Source: an uncultured bacterium
GTDB lineage: Bacteria; CSSED10-310; CAZUFC01
DNA: 46,856 nucleotides
Reading direction: 5' to 3'
Assembly (NCBI GenBank): GCA_964619725.1
Contig: CAZUFC010000066.1
Coordinates: forward strand, 1-46,856
Position numbers and translations under genes: made by a program
The notes under the pieces: model-generated
The model's input: only the letters and a program-made list of their open reading frames with translations
What the model was told of the DNA's origin: nothing
Database searches by the model: none
Shown here: piece by piece, positions 45,393 to 46,856 of the stretch
Layout: each line of letters starts with the position of its first letter
Numbering within the stretch: the stretch's first letter is position 1

Positions 45393-45568
45393 TTCGTCAA
45401 GGCAGTGAACAGTTTACTTTCATCGTGAATTCAAAGCAAGCTGCAATTTCAGTCAAAAAAAGCGGGCAGATGAATTTTTTTGTTGCAGAATGGACAAAAT
45501 TTTCAATTATTGTAAATTGAGAGCGCTGTGAGGGTTTATTGACGGAAAGCGCATTGAGAGGACCTGGT

Positions 45569-46165
45569 ATGAAAAAGTTGTATCTTGCTACGTTAAATAA
45601 TGGAAAAATAAGGGAAATGAAGGCAGCGCTCGAAGGAGCCGTAAACGATTTCATTACTCCCTCGAATGATTTCCCGTTACCGGAAATCCGGGAAACCGGA
45701 CAAAGTTTTGAAGAGAATGCAATTTTAAAAGCCAAAAAGGCGGTAGAATTGCACGGAATGGCCAGCCTCGCAGACGATTCCGGATTGTGCGTCGATGCCT
45801 TGAACGGAAAGCCGGGCATTCATTCATCAAGGTTTTTCGGGCCGGGACTGGATGATCAGGAGAAAGTGGTTCGCCTGCTGGAAATGTTAAAGGACGTAAA
45901 AGACCCCGACAGAACTGCCTTTTTTTTCTGTGCCGCCGCTTTGTATTATCCGTCCGGGCAATATCAAGTAATCACGGGAATATGCCGTGGAAAACTTTTG
46001 AACATTCCGGTCGGTTCAGGCGGTTTCGGATATGATCCCATTTTTTATATCCCCGAAAAGAAGAAAACGTTCGCTCAGTTGACTGTTGAAGAAAAACAAA
46101 AGATCAGTCATCGCGGCAGGGCTCTAAAAAGCGTCAGGGATTATCTTTTGTCAGAAGCCGACTGA
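45569..46165 (+). CDS. rdgB: Non-canonical purine NTP pyrophosphatase
   Basis: LATLNNGKIRE, ETGQSFEENAILKA, ADDSGL, PGIHSSR, GFGYDPIF, KQKISHRGRAL. Confidence 0.95.
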   Translation: MKKLYLATLNNGKIREMKAALEGAVNDFITPSNDFPLPEIRETGQSFEENAILKAKKAVELHGMASLADDSGLCVDALNGKPGIHSSRFFGPGLDDQEKVVRLLEMLKDVKDPDRTAFFFCAAALYYPSGQYQVITGICRGKLLNIPVGSGGFGYDPIFYIPEKKKTFAQLTVEEKQKISHRGRALKSVRDYLLSEAD

Positions 46166-46250
46166 ATTGAAATCGACTGCCCAGCATTTATCATATAAAT
46201 CAGTAGTGAGAGCTTACGTCACACTTCTGTTATGATAAATTCGCCTTAGC

Positions 46251-46300
46251 CCGATTTCAAAGAATCGGTTTCTAAAATGAAATCGATTCTTTGAAACCGG
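46251..46300. terminator. 22-bp-arm hairpin between convergent genes (terminator or REP-like)
   Basis: CCGATTTCAAAGAATCGGTTTC-TAAAAT-GAAATCGATTCTTTGAAACCGG; 20 of 22 positions pair by Watson-Crick rules. Confidence 0.5.
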
Positions 46301-46312
46301 TGGAATGTTTTG

Positions 46313-46855
46313 TTATTTATTCAATTCCCTTCGGAATTGTCTTTGTACGTTGATGATTATCCCGCCGAGACCCAGCAGCAAAATGAAGATTCCCGCGTTT
46401 CCCATAGAGGGAACGGGCGGTGGAGTCGTTACAATCGTGGGAGTGGGCGTCGGGAATTGGAACGGAGTATTGGTGGGGGTGAATGTGGGGAATTGGAACG
46501 GCGTATTGGTCGGCGTATTGGTTGGAAATCCGGAAGGAGTCCCGGTCGGCGTGCGGGTCGGCGTGTTGGTCGGGAATTGGAACGGCGTGTTGGTGGGAGT
46601 GAACGTCGGGAATGAGAACGGCGTGTTTGTCGGCGTATTCGTCGGAAATCCTGAAGGCGTATCGGTGGGCGTTCTGGTCGGAGTATTAGTCGGGAATGAG
46701 AAAGGCGTATTTGTGGGAGTGAATGTGGGTATGGGGGCTTGAGTGTTGGTTGGAGTGAACGTGGGTACGGGAGCCTGAGTGTTGGTTGGAGTGAAAGTGG
46801 GCAGCGGAGGTGATGTGTTGGTTGCGGTCGGAGTGGCGGTTGCTGTGGGCGTCGC
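46313..46855 (-). CDS. C-terminus of a Pro/Thr-repeat (mucin-like) surface protein with an IPTL-CTERM-like tail; start outside the window
   Basis: My translation of an open 180-aa frame: ...[10 protein letters not shown](S/Q)[11 protein letters not shown](D/G)TPSGF... then [33 protein letters not shown]. The repeats differ mainly at synonymous positions in this frame. Confidence 0.9.
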   Translation of the reverse strand, partial: ATPTATATPTATNTSPPLPTFTPTNTQAPVPTFTPTNTQAPIPTFTPTNTPFSFPTNTPTRTPTDTPSGFPTNTPTNTPFSFPTFTPTNTPFQFPTNTPTRTPTGTPSGFPTNTPTNTPFQFPTFTPTNTPFQFPTPTPTIVTTPPPVPSMGNAGIFILLLGLGGIIINVQRQFRRELNK

Positions 46856-46856
46856 T

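Noticed and set aside
46305-46742. 145-aa Gly/Val-repeat ORF on the plus strand, or a CRISPR-like array
   Set aside because: It is the antisense shadow of the Pro/Thr protein. The repeats are codon-phased, lack unique spacers, and no cas genes are present.

Overview
Bacterial chromosomal window dominated by cell-envelope genes; the organism cannot be identified from the sequence. It opens with the 3' part of a group II intron (RT/maturase plus domains V-VI) inserted inside one copy of a composite palindromic repeat that occurs three times in the window. Two copies bracket a secreted papain-like protease in inverted orientation. The core is a large lipid-linked-sugar glycosylation inventory: four DUF2723/TMEM260-like GT-C genes, two ArnT/PMT-like GT-C genes, one intact YfhO and one IS-disrupted YfhO, two GT2 polyprenyl-phosphate sugar synthases, a GT4 and a methyltransferase. 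Candidate substrates lie in the window: a Pro/Thr-repeat protein missed by the ORF track and the protease, both with IPTL-CTERM-like tails. Other genes: an ECF sigma/anti-sigma pair with an apparently catalytically dead HtrA fused to a GWxTD-like domain, a GspE/PilB ATPase with N-terminal membrane helices, a DUF4388-J-TPR protein, an M1-M28-PDZ peptidase, a GAF histidine kinase, bactofilin, a PHP hydrolase, pncA, dksA, speB and rdgB. I found no rRNA, tRNA or CRISPR array. All family calls come from motif recognition by eye, not from database searches.
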